Shown here: positions 25,177 to 33,788 of the stretch, piece by piece | How the letters are laid out: every line of letters starts with the position of its first letter | How positions within the stretch are numbered: position 1 is the stretch's first letter | Source of the DNA: Clostridia bacterium | Lineage (GTDB): Bacteria > Bacillota > Clostridia > Oscillospirales > CAG-272 | Reading direction: 5' to 3' | DNA length: 37,649 nucleotides | Assembly: GCA_017507145.1 (NCBI GenBank) | Contig: JAFWBJ010000005.1 | Coordinates: 1 to 37,649 of the forward strand | Translations under genes and position numbers: made by a program | Notes under the pieces: model-generated | Database searches by the model: none | Seen by the model: only the letters and a program-made list of their open reading frames with translations | Told to the model about the DNA's origin: nothing

Positions 25177-25953
25177 ATGAAACTCTATCTTCGCTATTTC
25201 TCAATCCATTTCAAGAGCCAGATGCAGTATAAGACCTCCTTCTTTTTGACCCTTCTCGGCCAGTTTCTGACCGCCTTTTCCACCTTCCTCGGCATCTGGG
25301 TCATGTTCACCCGCTTCAGGGCGGTCGATGGCTTCACTTATACCGAAGTCTCGCTCTGCTATGCCGTCGTACTGATGGCCTTTTCGCTGGCCGAGACCTT
25401 CTTCCGCGGCTTTGACACCTTTCCGCGCATGATCGGCAACGGCGAGTTTGACCGCATTCTTGTCCGCCCGCGCAGTCCGATCTTTCAGGTACTGGCCGCG
25501 AAAATTGAATTCTCGCGGCTCGGCCGCCTTCTGCAGGCCGTACTTGTCTTTGCCTGGGCCATCCCGCGCAGCGGCGTCGATTGGAACGCCGCCAATCTTG
25601 CTACGCTTGTGGGGATGATTCTCTCCGGCACCTTCGTTTTTGCCGGCCTCTTCCTGCTCTATGCGGGAATCTGCTTCTACACCCTTGAGGGGCTGGAGGT
25701 CATGAACATCTTCACCGACGGCGGCCGCGAATTCGGGCGCTATCCCCTCTCGGTCTACGGTGAGGGCGTGCTGCGTTTCCTCACCTACATCGTGCCGCTG
25801 GCGCTCTTCCTCTATTATCCCTTCCTTGCGCTGCTCGGCCGCAGTGAATCTCTCCTTCACCGAATCTGCCCGGCGTTTGCCCTGCTGTTTTTGCTTCCGT
25901 GCTATCTTTTCTGGCGGATCGGCCTGCGGCACTATCAATCGACCGGCTCATGA
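25177..25953 (+). CDS. ABC-2 type exporter permease
   Basis: QMQYK, GEFDRILVRP, FGRYPLSVY, C-terminal YQSTGS. Confidence 0.88.
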   Translation: MKLYLRYFSIHFKSQMQYKTSFFLTLLGQFLTAFSTFLGIWVMFTRFRAVDGFTYTEVSLCYAVVLMAFSLAETFFRGFDTFPRMIGNGEFDRILVRPRSPIFQVLAAKIEFSRLGRLLQAVLVFAWAIPRSGVDWNAANLATLVGMILSGTFVFAGLFLLYAGICFYTLEGLEVMNIFTDGGREFGRYPLSVYGEGVLRFLTYIVPLALFLYYPFLALLGRSESLLHRICPAFALLFLLPCYLFWRIGLRHYQSTGS

Positions 25954-25955
25954 GA

Positions 25956-25994
25956 CAAAAAAAGCGCCTTCCCGAGGGAAGGCGCTTTGTTTTG
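25956..25994. terminator. Bidirectional terminator between ABC operon and rpsR
   Basis: AAAGCGCCTTCC-CGAG-GGAAGGCGCTTT flanked by A- and T-tracts. Confidence 0.85.
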
Positions 25995-26000
25995 CGTAAA

Positions 26001-26252
26001 TTAGTCGCAGATATAGGGCAGCAGCGAGACGTGACGGGCGCGCTTGATGGCGGTGGTCAGCTGGCGCTGGTGCTTTGCGCAGGTACCGGAGATACGGCGG
26101 GGCAGAATCTTGCCGCGCTCGCTGATGAACTTGCGCAGACGTGCGGAATCCTTGTAATCGATGTACTCGATCTTCTCCGCGCAGAAAGTGCAAACCTTCT
26201 TTCTTCTCTTGTTGGTGCGTACGGGACGCTGAGTGTTTTCGGTTCTATCCAT
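26001..26252 (-). CDS. rpsR: 30S ribosomal protein S18
   Basis: [37 protein letters not shown]. Confidence 0.97.
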   Translation of the reverse strand: MDRTENTQRPVRTNKRRKKVCTFCAEKIEYIDYKDSARLRKFISERGKILPRRISGTCAKHQRQLTTAIKRARHVSLLPYICD

Positions 26253-26278
26253 GATTTCTTACCTCCTGTTCGATTTAG

Positions 26279-26758
26279 TTAAAACGGCAGATCGTCGTCG
26301 CCCGAAATTTCCTCAAACTTCGGGGTTGTGGCAGCGCCCGAAGAATATGCGGGTGCGCCGTAGGAATCAGGCGTATACTGGCTGGCCGGCGCGTTGCCGT
26401 AGCCGCCGCCCTCGCTCTTGGAATCGACAAAGTTGATCTCATCGGCAACGATTTCGGTTGCATAGCGCTTCTGACCCTGCTGATCCGTCCAGGTTCTGGT
26501 CTGGATTGAGCCAATGACGCAGATCGAGCTGCCCTTGCGGAAATAGCGAGAGACAAACTCAGCCTGCTGACGCCAGGCGACAATGTCAAGGAAATCAGCC
26601 TGAGGCTGGCCCTGACCATCGGCAGTTTTGGACTGGAATCTGCGGTTGATCGCAATGCGGAAGGAGACAACGGGAACACCGCTCTGGGTCTGCTTCAGCT
26701 CAGGATCAGCCACCATTCTGCCGGCAAGGATTGCTTTGTTGAGATTTAAGTTAGCCAT
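26279..26758 (-). CDS. ssb: Single-stranded DNA-binding protein
   Basis: LNKAILAGR..DPEL, ADF..IVAWR, C-terminal DDDLPF. Confidence 0.96.
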   Translation of the reverse strand: MANLNLNKAILAGRMVADPELKQTQSGVPVVSFRIAINRRFQSKTADGQGQPQADFLDIVAWRQQAEFVSRYFRKGSSICVIGSIQTRTWTDQQGQKRYATEIVADEINFVDSKSEGGGYGNAPASQYTPDSYGAPAYSSGAATTPKFEEISGDDDLPF

Positions 26759-26784
26759 GATTACGCCTCCTTGTCAGCCCGGGT

Positions 26785-27183
26785 TTAGGCCTCGGGCTGC
26801 TCGGTGGTCTCGGCAGCTTCAGCGGCAGCGGCAGCGGCAGCGGCAGCCTCACGGGCAGCGGCAGCAGCGGCAACCTTAGCCATAACCTTCTCATCGAGCT
26901 TGATCGTCATCGAGCGCATGATGGCATCACTGATGTTGAACAGACGCTCCAGCTCAGCGGGGAACTCCGGCTCGCTCTTGTAGGTAACGACAACGTAGTG
27001 ACCTTCGTTGATGTCGTTGATCGGATAAGCCAGACGGCGCTTGCCCCACTCGTTGATCTCGCTGATGGTGCCGTTCTCAGCAATCAGGGCAGTGAACTTT
27101 TCTACAGCTGCCTTAATTGCCTCGTCACCGATCGTCGGGTCGACGATGAACAGGGTTTCGTAAGTGTTGATGACCTTTTCCAT
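26785..27183 (-). CDS. rpsF: 30S ribosomal protein S6
   Basis: YETLFIVDP, EWGKRRLAYPI, EGHY; rpsF-ssb-rpsR order. Confidence 0.96.
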   Translation of the reverse strand: MEKVINTYETLFIVDPTIGDEAIKAAVEKFTALIAENGTISEINEWGKRRLAYPINDINEGHYVVVTYKSEPEFPAELERLFNISDAIMRSMTIKLDEKVMAKVAAAAAAREAAAAAAAAAEAAETTEQPEA

Positions 27184-27187
27184 TTTT

Positions 27188-27250
27188 ACACCTCCCTATG
27201 GACATAAGCCCGCAAACATAGTAGTAGATTTATTTGCGGGAAGGAGACAG
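27188..27250 (-). promoter_or_regulatory. Probable S6:S18 autoregulatory mRNA leader
   Basis: Minus strand CTCCTT-CCCGCAAA-loop-TTTGCGGG-CTTATGT-CCA-TAGGGAGG: anti-SD pairing, internal hairpin and CCR motif just before the SD. Confidence 0.65.
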
Positions 27251-27276
27251 GCATGAAATGCCCGTACCGAATAATT

Positions 27277-27305
27277 ATTATAGCATAGATTGGGAAGCCT
27301 GTCAA
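27277..27305 (-). promoter_or_regulatory. Consensus sigmaA promoter of the rpsF operon
   Basis: Minus strand TTGACA-N17-TATAAT with TG extension. Confidence 0.85.
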
Positions 27306-27359
27306 GAGATATCGGGAAAATATTTTCGTTGATGCTAATCTTTTCGCCCTCTCGGGCGA

Positions 27360-27520
27360 GGAGGGGGCGGAAACCATCTCAAACGCCGAAGTTTTCCGCC
27401 CCCTCCATCCCCACCTTCCTTGGCTTACTCCTTTAGTCGATGCCTCTTGCGCGAAAGTTTTCGCGGGGATAGGGGTATGGGGGAAGGGGAGCCTTTTTCA
27501 AAAGGCTCCCCTTCCCCCAT
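27360..27520. repeat. Cluster of GC-rich inverted repeats downstream of spo0A
   Basis: 14-bp arms 27360-27373/27393-27406; CGCGAAA-GT-TTTCGCG 27450-27465; perfect 21-bp arms 27477-27497/27500-27520. Confidence 0.75.
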
Positions 27521-27524
27521 GGAC

Positions 27525-28310
27525 TCAATACAACTTATACTTCAGCCGCAAATTGTCAGCTATCATCGCAATAAACTCGCTGTTCGTCGGCTTGCCGCGA
27601 TTGTTCTGGATGGTGTATCCAAAGTAAGCGTTAAGCGTATCCACATCGCCGCGGTCCCACGCGACCTCGATCGCATGGCGAATGGCGCGCTCGACGCGGG
27701 AGGTGGTGGTCGCGTACTTCTTCGCCACTGAGGGATAAAGCACCTTCGTAACCGAATTGATAATATCACTGTCCTTGATCGTCAGCAGGATCGCCGTGCG
27801 CAGATACTGATACCCCTTAATATGCGCCGGAACGCCGATCTGATGAATAATCTTCGTCACCTGCGTTTCAATGTCGGGAACGCCCTCAATGGCGGTCTCG
27901 GATGTCGCTTTTTCGGCCGTCTTGCCGCGATTTTGGCTCAGCGAGAGCAAGTGATCCAGCAGGCTTCCGGTGTCGTAGGGCTTGCGCAGACAGAGGGCAG
28001 CGCCGGCAGAGGTTGCCTCGATGAAGAGCTCGGGGGTGGAGACCATCGATACGACGATGAAGGTTGGCGCGCGGTCGCTGCCGTAGTCAATGGCGCGGCT
28101 GTTGCGCAGTACGCCGATGCCGTCAAGCTTGGAGAGCCAAATATCCACGATCGCCACGTCCGGGTGAAAGCGGCTCAGCTTGACCAGCGCCTCCTCGCCG
28201 TCAGCTGCTTCCTCGATCTGATGATATCCCGCCCGATTCAGCGCTTCTCTGAGCGCCTTGCGCTCCTGCTCGTGTTCGTCCGCAATCAGTACTTTCGTTG
28301 TGTATTCCAT
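27525..28310 (-). CDS. spo0A: Sporulation master regulator Spo0A
   Basis: Receiver domain plus Spo0A_C: [48 protein letters not shown]. Confidence 0.93.
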   Translation of the reverse strand: MEYTTKVLIADEHEQERKALREALNRAGYHQIEEAADGEEALVKLSRFHPDVAIVDIWLSKLDGIGVLRNSRAIDYGSDRAPTFIVVSMVSTPELFIEATSAGAALCLRKPYDTGSLLDHLLSLSQNRGKTAEKATSETAIEGVPDIETQVTKIIHQIGVPAHIKGYQYLRTAILLTIKDSDIINSVTKVLYPSVAKKYATTTSRVERAIRHAIEVAWDRGDVDTLNAYFGYTIQNNRGKPTNSEFIAMIADNLRLKYKLY

Positions 28311-28377
28311 CTTCGTTTCCTTTCTGTGTGCTTGGTCGGCAAATATGGATTTACCATATTTTTCCTGTGATGGATAA

Positions 28378-28406
28378 ATTATACCATATTTTACCAGGAA
28401 TTACAA
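28378..28406 (-). promoter_or_regulatory. sigmaA promoter of spo0A
   Basis: Minus strand TTGTAA-N17-TATAAT with TG extension. Confidence 0.72.
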
Positions 28407-28522
28407 GACATTTCCAGTAATTTCCTGCGAAAAAACTGCACGAAAAAAACGCCGGATAATTGGTAAAAAATACCAAATCCGGCGTGTTTTCCAAAAAGAA
28501 GCAGAATCACTGGAGAAGCGGG

Positions 28523-28945
28523 TTAAGCCTGCGCACCGCCGGCACTGGTGGCGTGGTGCTGGCAGGGATGCTCGAAGAAATGGGTCAGATCGACCGTCCA
28601 GCGGCCGTCAGTTTGGCTGAAGCCAATGGCTTTGATCAGGCGCTCCTGCTCGGCGTCCTGTACCGGCGCGTCATAAGTAGTGGCATGGATGCCGCAGAGG
28701 TCGATGAAATTCAGTGCAGCACGGCCAAGCACGAACATCGCCTCAAAGTCGGGCGCGCGGTCGGTCACCGTGGCGAGAGTGCGCAGTGAACCGCCGTCGG
28801 GGGTCAGCGTGAATTGGCAAACGCCAACCAGCTCGTCCTCCACCGTGGCGGCATAGGCCAGCAGATCAGCATCAAAGGGAGTGCCGCAGCGCAGGCAAAT
28901 GGCCTCCTGCTCGGCCTTGGATTGAATCGGTTTTACTTCCAGCAT
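28523..28945 (-). CDS. Hypothetical protein, possible degenerate GNAT-like fold
   Basis: 140-aa ORF with SD; AATVEDELVGVCQF, LGRAALNF, LIKAIGF patterns; C-terminal FFEHPC. Confidence 0.65.
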   Translation of the reverse strand: MLEVKPIQSKAEQEAICLRCGTPFDADLLAYAATVEDELVGVCQFTLTPDGGSLRTLATVTDRAPDFEAMFVLGRAALNFIDLCGIHATTYDAPVQDAEQERLIKAIGFSQTDGRWTVDLTHFFEHPCQHHATSAGGAQA

Positions 28946-28987
28946 GGCAAATTTCCATCCTTATATATAATAGTGTTCTCGGTGCGG

Positions 28988-29704
28988 TCAGCGTTTGAGA
29001 TATTCGACCTGGGTGCGGGTGAGGTAGCGCCATTTCCCGGGCGCAAGATTCCCCAGCTTGAGGTCGCCGATGGCCACCCGGCAGAGGCGGAGCACCTCAA
29101 ATCCCTGTGCGGCGCACATCCGGCGGATCTGCCGATTGCGGCCCTCGTAGAGGACCATACGCAGGGTCGTGGCGTTATCGCGGCGGCTGACCACCGAGAT
29201 TTCCACCGGCTGGGTCATGTAGCCGTCCAGCTCAATCGGGCGGGAGAGGCGTTCGACCTCCTCGGCCGTGATGTCACCGGCCAGCTTGACGTGATAGATT
29301 TTCGGGATCTCGTGGCGCGGGTGGGTCAGCTTGTAGGTCAGGTCGCCGTCATCGGTGAGCAGAAGCAGGCCCTCTGACTCCAGGTCAAGCCGGCCGACCG
29401 GGTAGATGCGCCGGCCAACGTCTGCCACCAGTTCGGTCACACAGCGGCGGCCGCGGTCATCGGTCATCGAGGTGAGATAACCGCGCGGTTTGTTGAGCAT
29501 GACATAAGTATGGCCGGTGCGGGCTGGCGGGAGCACGGATTTGCCGCGGTATTCCACGCGGTCGACACCGGGGATGATTTTCTGACCGACCTCGGCCCTC
29601 TGGCCGTTGACCTTGACGCGCCCGGCCGCAATTTCGGCTTCGGCGGCGCGGCGCGAGAGAAGGCCGCAGTCGGTAAAATACTTTTGCAGTCTGATCGGTT
29701 CCAT
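28988..29704 (-). CDS. rluB: RsuA-family pseudouridine synthase (RluB-like)
   Basis: IRLQKY...SRRAAE..I..GRVKVNG (S4), LNKPRGY, YPVGRLD, EGRNRQIRRM. Confidence 0.9.
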   Translation of the reverse strand: MEPIRLQKYFTDCGLLSRRAAEAEIAAGRVKVNGQRAEVGQKIIPGVDRVEYRGKSVLPPARTGHTYVMLNKPRGYLTSMTDDRGRRCVTELVADVGRRIYPVGRLDLESEGLLLLTDDGDLTYKLTHPRHEIPKIYHVKLAGDITAEEVERLSRPIELDGYMTQPVEISVVSRRDNATTLRMVLYEGRNRQIRRMCAAQGFEVLRLCRVAIGDLKLGNLAPGKWRYLTRTQVEYLKR

Positions 29705-29726
29705 AGGTATCCTTGTATGATAATTG

Positions 29727-30872
29727 TTATTCGATGCCAAAGAGGCGCTTGAGTCGGGGGAGAAATCCGCGCTCGGCGGCGATGGCCTCGACCGAAAAGG
29801 TGGCGGTTAGGGGAGACTCGCCCACAATTTCGCTGCCCGAGCGCCAGATCAGTCGGCCGAGCACAGCATCAGCGGCGACCGGTGCCAGGCAAAAGCGGGG
29901 GAGCTCAAGCACGGCCACCGGTGCCGGCGCATCGGCAGGCAAGCTGACCGAGAGCGGCGTGGTATTGGCGACCGTGACGTAAGGAATATACCCGCCGCTG
30001 ACCGGCAGGGTGAAGGTCATGGTACCCGTCTCGCCCAGCGTGTAGTGTCGGGTGTGCGCGAAGCCGTAGTCGAGCATCGCGGTGTGATCGCGCCAGTCAT
30101 CGGGCGCATCCAGCGTAACGGCGATCAGCGTGACCCCGTCGCGCGCGGCAGCGCTGACCAGACAGCGCCCGCTTTTGCGGGTGAAGCCGGTCTTGACGCC
30201 GATGGCGCCGGCGTAGAGCTTGATCATCTTGTTGTGGTTGATCAGCAGACGGGTTCCCTCGGTTTGGTTGAGCGGGATGGTGGTTTTATAGGTGGAGACG
30301 ATGGTGCGGAAGGCCGGCAGGCGCAGGGCATGCATGGTGATCCTGGCCAGTTCCGCAGCGGTGGTGTAGTGCGCTTCGTCCCACAGGCCGTGCGGATTGG
30401 TGAAGTGCGTGTCGGACAGCCCCAGTTCCGCTGCCGTGCGGTTCATCTGTTCGGCAAACGCCTCGATGCTGCCTGATACGGCAATGGCAATGGCCGCAGC
30501 GGCATCGTTCGCGCTTTCCAGCAGCATAGCGTAGAGCAGATCCTCCATGGTCAGCTGCTCACCGGCGTAGAGATAGACCGACGAGCCTTCAATCCCGACC
30601 GCGGCGGGGTCAACCGATACCATGCAGTCCAGCGCGGCGTTTTGCATGGCCACCAGTGCGGTCATGATCTTGGTCGTGCTGGCCATGGCGTGCCGGGTGT
30701 CGGCATTCTTCTGCCAGATCACGCGGCCCGAGTCTGCATCGATCAGCACCGCGCAGGCGGCCGATACAGCCGGTGGGCTGCTATTGTCGGCAGAGACAGG
30801 CACACCGAAAAGACCCGCCGTCAAAAGCAGGCAAAGCAGGCAAGAGAGGCTGGAAAGGGTATGTTTGCGCAT
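29727..30872 (-). CDS. dacB: D-alanyl-D-alanine carboxypeptidase (peptidase S11, DacB-like)
   Basis: Signal peptide; ASTTK, SAND, FTNPHGL, KTGFT; position after ytfI-gerW. Confidence 0.85.
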   Translation of the reverse strand: MRKHTLSSLSCLLCLLLTAGLFGVPVSADNSSPPAVSAACAVLIDADSGRVIWQKNADTRHAMASTTKIMTALVAMQNAALDCMVSVDPAAVGIEGSSVYLYAGEQLTMEDLLYAMLLESANDAAAAIAIAVSGSIEAFAEQMNRTAAELGLSDTHFTNPHGLWDEAHYTTAAELARITMHALRLPAFRTIVSTYKTTIPLNQTEGTRLLINHNKMIKLYAGAIGVKTGFTRKSGRCLVSAAARDGVTLIAVTLDAPDDWRDHTAMLDYGFAHTRHYTLGETGTMTFTLPVSGGYIPYVTVANTTPLSVSLPADAPAPVAVLELPRFCLAPVAADAVLGRLIWRSGSEIVGESPLTATFSVEAIAAERGFLPRLKRLFGIE

Positions 30873-30905
30873 CAAAATCGCTCCCGTCGTCAGAATGGTT
30901 GTTCC

Positions 30906-30934
30906 ATTCTATGCGACGGGGCGGGCGATCATGC
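30906..30934 (-). promoter_or_regulatory. sigmaE-like promoter for dacB
   Basis: Minus strand GCATGAT-N14-CATAGAAT; dacB is sigmaE-controlled in Bacillus subtilis. Confidence 0.55.
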
Positions 30935-31384
30935 GTCGAGGGCGTCGTCCGGGTCGTCGGTCTTCTTGCCGAAGACAGCCTTGATCTTGGCGAAAATGTC
31001 AGGCGAACGCTCGATGAGGTTGCTGACCTGCTCGATGGGATCGTTGGGCATGGGAGTGCCGACGTTGATCAGCTCGACATTGCCGTCCCGGTTGATGACC
31101 AGGAAGCCAACGGGCGAGATGGAGAGGCCGGTGCCACCACCGCCGCCGAAATTCTGGGGCATGGGGCGGGAGTTGGCCGCGCCGTCGTGGTTGGCATTCT
31201 TGTTGTTGTAGTCAAGTCCGCCGGAGGCGAAGCCCATCGAGATTTTGGAGATGGGAATGATGGTGGTTCCGCTCTGGGTGTTGATGGGGTTGCCGATGAC
31301 GGTGTTGGCATCGACCATGGTGCGGATGTTTTCCAGAGAGGTTTGGATGATGTCGTTGAGTTTGCTAGCAGAAGTATCAGCCAT
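30929..31384 (-). CDS. gerW: Sporulation protein YtfJ/GerW
   Basis: MVDANTVIGNPI, IIPISKISMGFASGG, FGGGGG.G.SI.PVGFLV. Confidence 0.93.
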   Translation of the reverse strand: MADTSASKLNDIIQTSLENIRTMVDANTVIGNPINTQSGTTIIPISKISMGFASGGLDYNNKNANHDGAANSRPMPQNFGGGGGTGLSISPVGFLVINRDGNVELINVGTPMPNDPIEQVSNLIERSPDIFAKIKAVFGKKTDDPDDALDA

Positions 31385-31423
31385 GACGGTGTATCCTTTC
31401 CTTTGGTAGATTCAGTATGGTAA

Positions 31424-32119
31424 TCAAGCCTTGGGCTTGCTTTGGGCGGGAGTTTGGGGGAGGGCGCGGTGGCGGATGAAGCCAAAGAGCGCCCGCAGGG
31501 CAATGTCGAAGACCTGCCAGACGCAGAGCGAGAAGGCGATGCAGACATCGGCGCTGAAGGTCTCAGCCGTGAAATCGGGCTGGACGTCGATCTCGCAGTG
31601 CTTGAGGGTGCGCAGGTTGGTGATGCGGTCGAGGATCTCGAGCAGAGCGCCCACCGCAGGGCAGACCGCACCCCACAGAATAGCCGTGCCGGCCGCATCA
31701 CCGGTGGCAACGGTCAGGCGCAGGCGGGTAACGTCAATGCGCAGGTGACGGCCGAAGCGGGCAAAGATGATCTTCACCAAGGCAAGCACCATGCGTACCG
31801 TTTGGTCAAGCGGCGGCCGCTGTGGCTTGGTGCCGGCAGCCTTCTGCTCGGCTTTTCTTTGCTTTTTTTCCGCAGCCTTCTGGCGCTTGGCGGCAGCTCG
31901 CTTCGCTTGTGCGAGCCGGCGGCGGGCATCTTTTTTGCGCATTCGGCGCAGAGAATAGCGGCCGATGCGCACCTTCTTCTGCCGTGCGGGCAGAATGGGG
32001 AAGGGAAGCCCCAACACTTTGACGGTCAGGGCAAGTGTCTCAGCATAAACAATGACGATTTTCACCCTGAGCAGGAGGATAAAGGCCAGCAGGGCGACAA
32101 TGATGAGCAGAACGAGCAC
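31424..32119 (-). CDS. YtfI-like (DUF2953) protein
   Basis: GTG start after AAAGGAGG; N-terminal anchor; TGDAAGTAILWG, VQPDF; directly upstream of gerW. Confidence 0.8.
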   Translation of the reverse strand: MLVLLIIVALLAFILLLRVKIVIVYAETLALTVKVLGLPFPILPARQKKVRIGRYSLRRMRKKDARRRLAQAKRAAAKRQKAAEKKQRKAEQKAAGTKPQRPPLDQTVRMVLALVKIIFARFGRHLRIDVTRLRLTVATGDAAGTAILWGAVCPAVGALLEILDRITNLRTLKHCEIDVQPDFTAETFSADVCIAFSLCVWQVFDIALRALFGFIRHRALPQTPAQSKPKA

Positions 32120-32145
32120 GGACGGTATCCTCCTTTCGGTAAGAT

Positions 32146-32175
32146 GAGTATTGCCCAGGTGTGCGGGAATTAGTC
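32146..32175 (-). promoter_or_regulatory. sigmaF-like promoter for ytfI-gerW
   Basis: Minus strand GACTA-N15-GGCAATACTC; strong -10, weak -35; this operon is forespore-expressed in B. subtilis. Confidence 0.55.
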
Positions 32176-32952
32176 GCCGGTCAGGGAAGCGGCATCGATC
32201 GCGCCCTCGGGCTGTTCGTCCTCGGGATCGGGCAGCGAATCGATGGCGGGCTCGTTGGGCGCATCGGTGCTCGGCGTATCGGGCGAGGGCTCTTCCGAAG
32301 TGGGAGGGACAGCGTCAGCCGATGCATCAGAGACAGTCTCTGCCTCAGCCGCTTCCTCGGTCGATTCTGGCTCGGTTCCTTCCTGCTGGATCTGCTCAAA
32401 TTTGGTGGCGCTGGCCAGCGCAAGTGCATCACTGTCGGGCAGATCGGCCAGGCTGGTCAGACCGAAGACACGCAGAAAATCGGGGGTGGTGGCATAGAGC
32501 ATGGGGCGGCCCGGCGCATCCAGACGGCCGCACGGCTCAATCAGGCGGCGGTCAAGCAGCGAGCTGACGGCATATGCGCTGTCAACGCCGCGCACCGCAT
32601 CGATGTAAGAGCGGGTTACGGGCTGGTTGTAGGCGACGACGGCCAGCACTTCAAGCGAGGACGCCGAGAGATTGCCGCCGCGGCGGATGCCCAGTGCCTC
32701 ACGGATGTAGGGCGCGTATTCCTCCTTGGTGCAGAGTTGGCAGCAGTCCTCCTGACAGAGCAGAAGCAGGCCGCGCGGGCTGTCTTCGCCGTTGTAATCG
32801 AGGGCCATGTGTTCGGCCAGCTGGCGAATCTCACGGGGGGGCAGGCCAAGGACGGCGCTGAGCTTCTCATAACTGACGGCATGGCCGGCGGCAAAGAGGA
32901 TGGCCTCAATGGCCTGGGTTAGTTTTTTGATATCGGTGATGGCATCATCCAT
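32170..32952 (-). CDS. scpB: Segregation and condensation protein B
   Basis: AIEAILFAAG, LSASSLEVLAVVAYNQPVTR, VRGV, PGRPMLYATTPDFLRVFGL; ATG 32952 after GAAAGGA. Confidence 0.93.
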   Translation of the reverse strand: MDDAITDIKKLTQAIEAILFAAGHAVSYEKLSAVLGLPPREIRQLAEHMALDYNGEDSPRGLLLLCQEDCCQLCTKEEYAPYIREALGIRRGGNLSASSLEVLAVVAYNQPVTRSYIDAVRGVDSAYAVSSLLDRRLIEPCGRLDAPGRPMLYATTPDFLRVFGLTSLADLPDSDALALASATKFEQIQQEGTEPESTEEAAEAETVSDASADAVPPTSEEPSPDTPSTDAPNEPAIDSLPDPEDEQPEGAIDAASLTGD

Positions 32953-33784
32953 GGTCTTGCATCCTTTCGTTGTCATCGGTAGGGGTCTCGCTGCGGTCAA
33001 ATTCACCGCTGGTCTGCTCGATGGTCGATTCATCGGTGTTGAGCAGGAAGCGGGTGGAGAGATCGTAGATGGGGTGAGGATCTTCATCGGATACGTCGAT
33101 CAGCAGGCGGCGGACCTTGATCAGTTCAAGCACGCCGAGGAAGGCGGCGATCAGGTCCGAACGTGAGGCACTGCTGCCCAGCAGCTCGCCCAGCGTAGAG
33201 GCGCCGTGCTTCTGCATGTGGCCGAGAATGCCGATGATCTTTACCTCAACCGGCACGATCGGCCGAGCGATGAGGGGGGTGAACTGGGGGGAGACATCAC
33301 GCGGATGTGCCTTGGTTTGCGCAAGAATATGGCGCAGGGCGCGGCGCAGCAGCTCGGGATCATGGTCCTCAGTGAAGGAGCGGTCGACCGAGATTTCGTC
33401 GGTGTCTTTGGCCATGCGTCCGCTGAAGAGAGCATACCGCTCGGCAAGCTTGACCGAAGCGGCTTTGGCACGCTGATATTGCAGAAGGGCATCGGCCAGC
33501 GCGGCGCGCGGGTCTTCTTCCTCTTCTTCTAAGCGTGGCAGGAGCATGCGGCTCTTGATGAGCATCAGCTCACTGGCCATCACCAGAAATTCGGTGGCGA
33601 TCTCCATATCCAGCGCCTGTGCAGCCGAAAGATATTCCATATACTGATCGCAGATCAGCGAGATCGGAATATCGGCGATATTGACCTTGTTCTTGGCGAT
33701 CAGCGAGAGCAGCAGGTCAAGCGGACCGTCGAACTGCTCAAGATGATAGGTCAGTGCCGAGGGTGTCGTTGCAGTCATTTCCAT
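32945..33784 (-). CDS. scpA: Segregation and condensation protein A (kleisin)
   Basis: FDGPLDLLL.LI, ICDQY, EFLVMASEL..IKSRMLLP, EDPR, FLGVLEL. Confidence 0.93.
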   Translation of the reverse strand: MEMTATTPSALTYHLEQFDGPLDLLLSLIAKNKVNIADIPISLICDQYMEYLSAAQALDMEIATEFLVMASELMLIKSRMLLPRLEEEEEDPRAALADALLQYQRAKAASVKLAERYALFSGRMAKDTDEISVDRSFTEDHDPELLRRALRHILAQTKAHPRDVSPQFTPLIARPIVPVEVKIIGILGHMQKHGASTLGELLGSSASRSDLIAAFLGVLELIKVRRLLIDVSDEDPHPIYDLSTRFLLNTDESTIEQTSGEFDRSETPTDDNERMQDHG

Positions 33785-33788
33785 TGTA

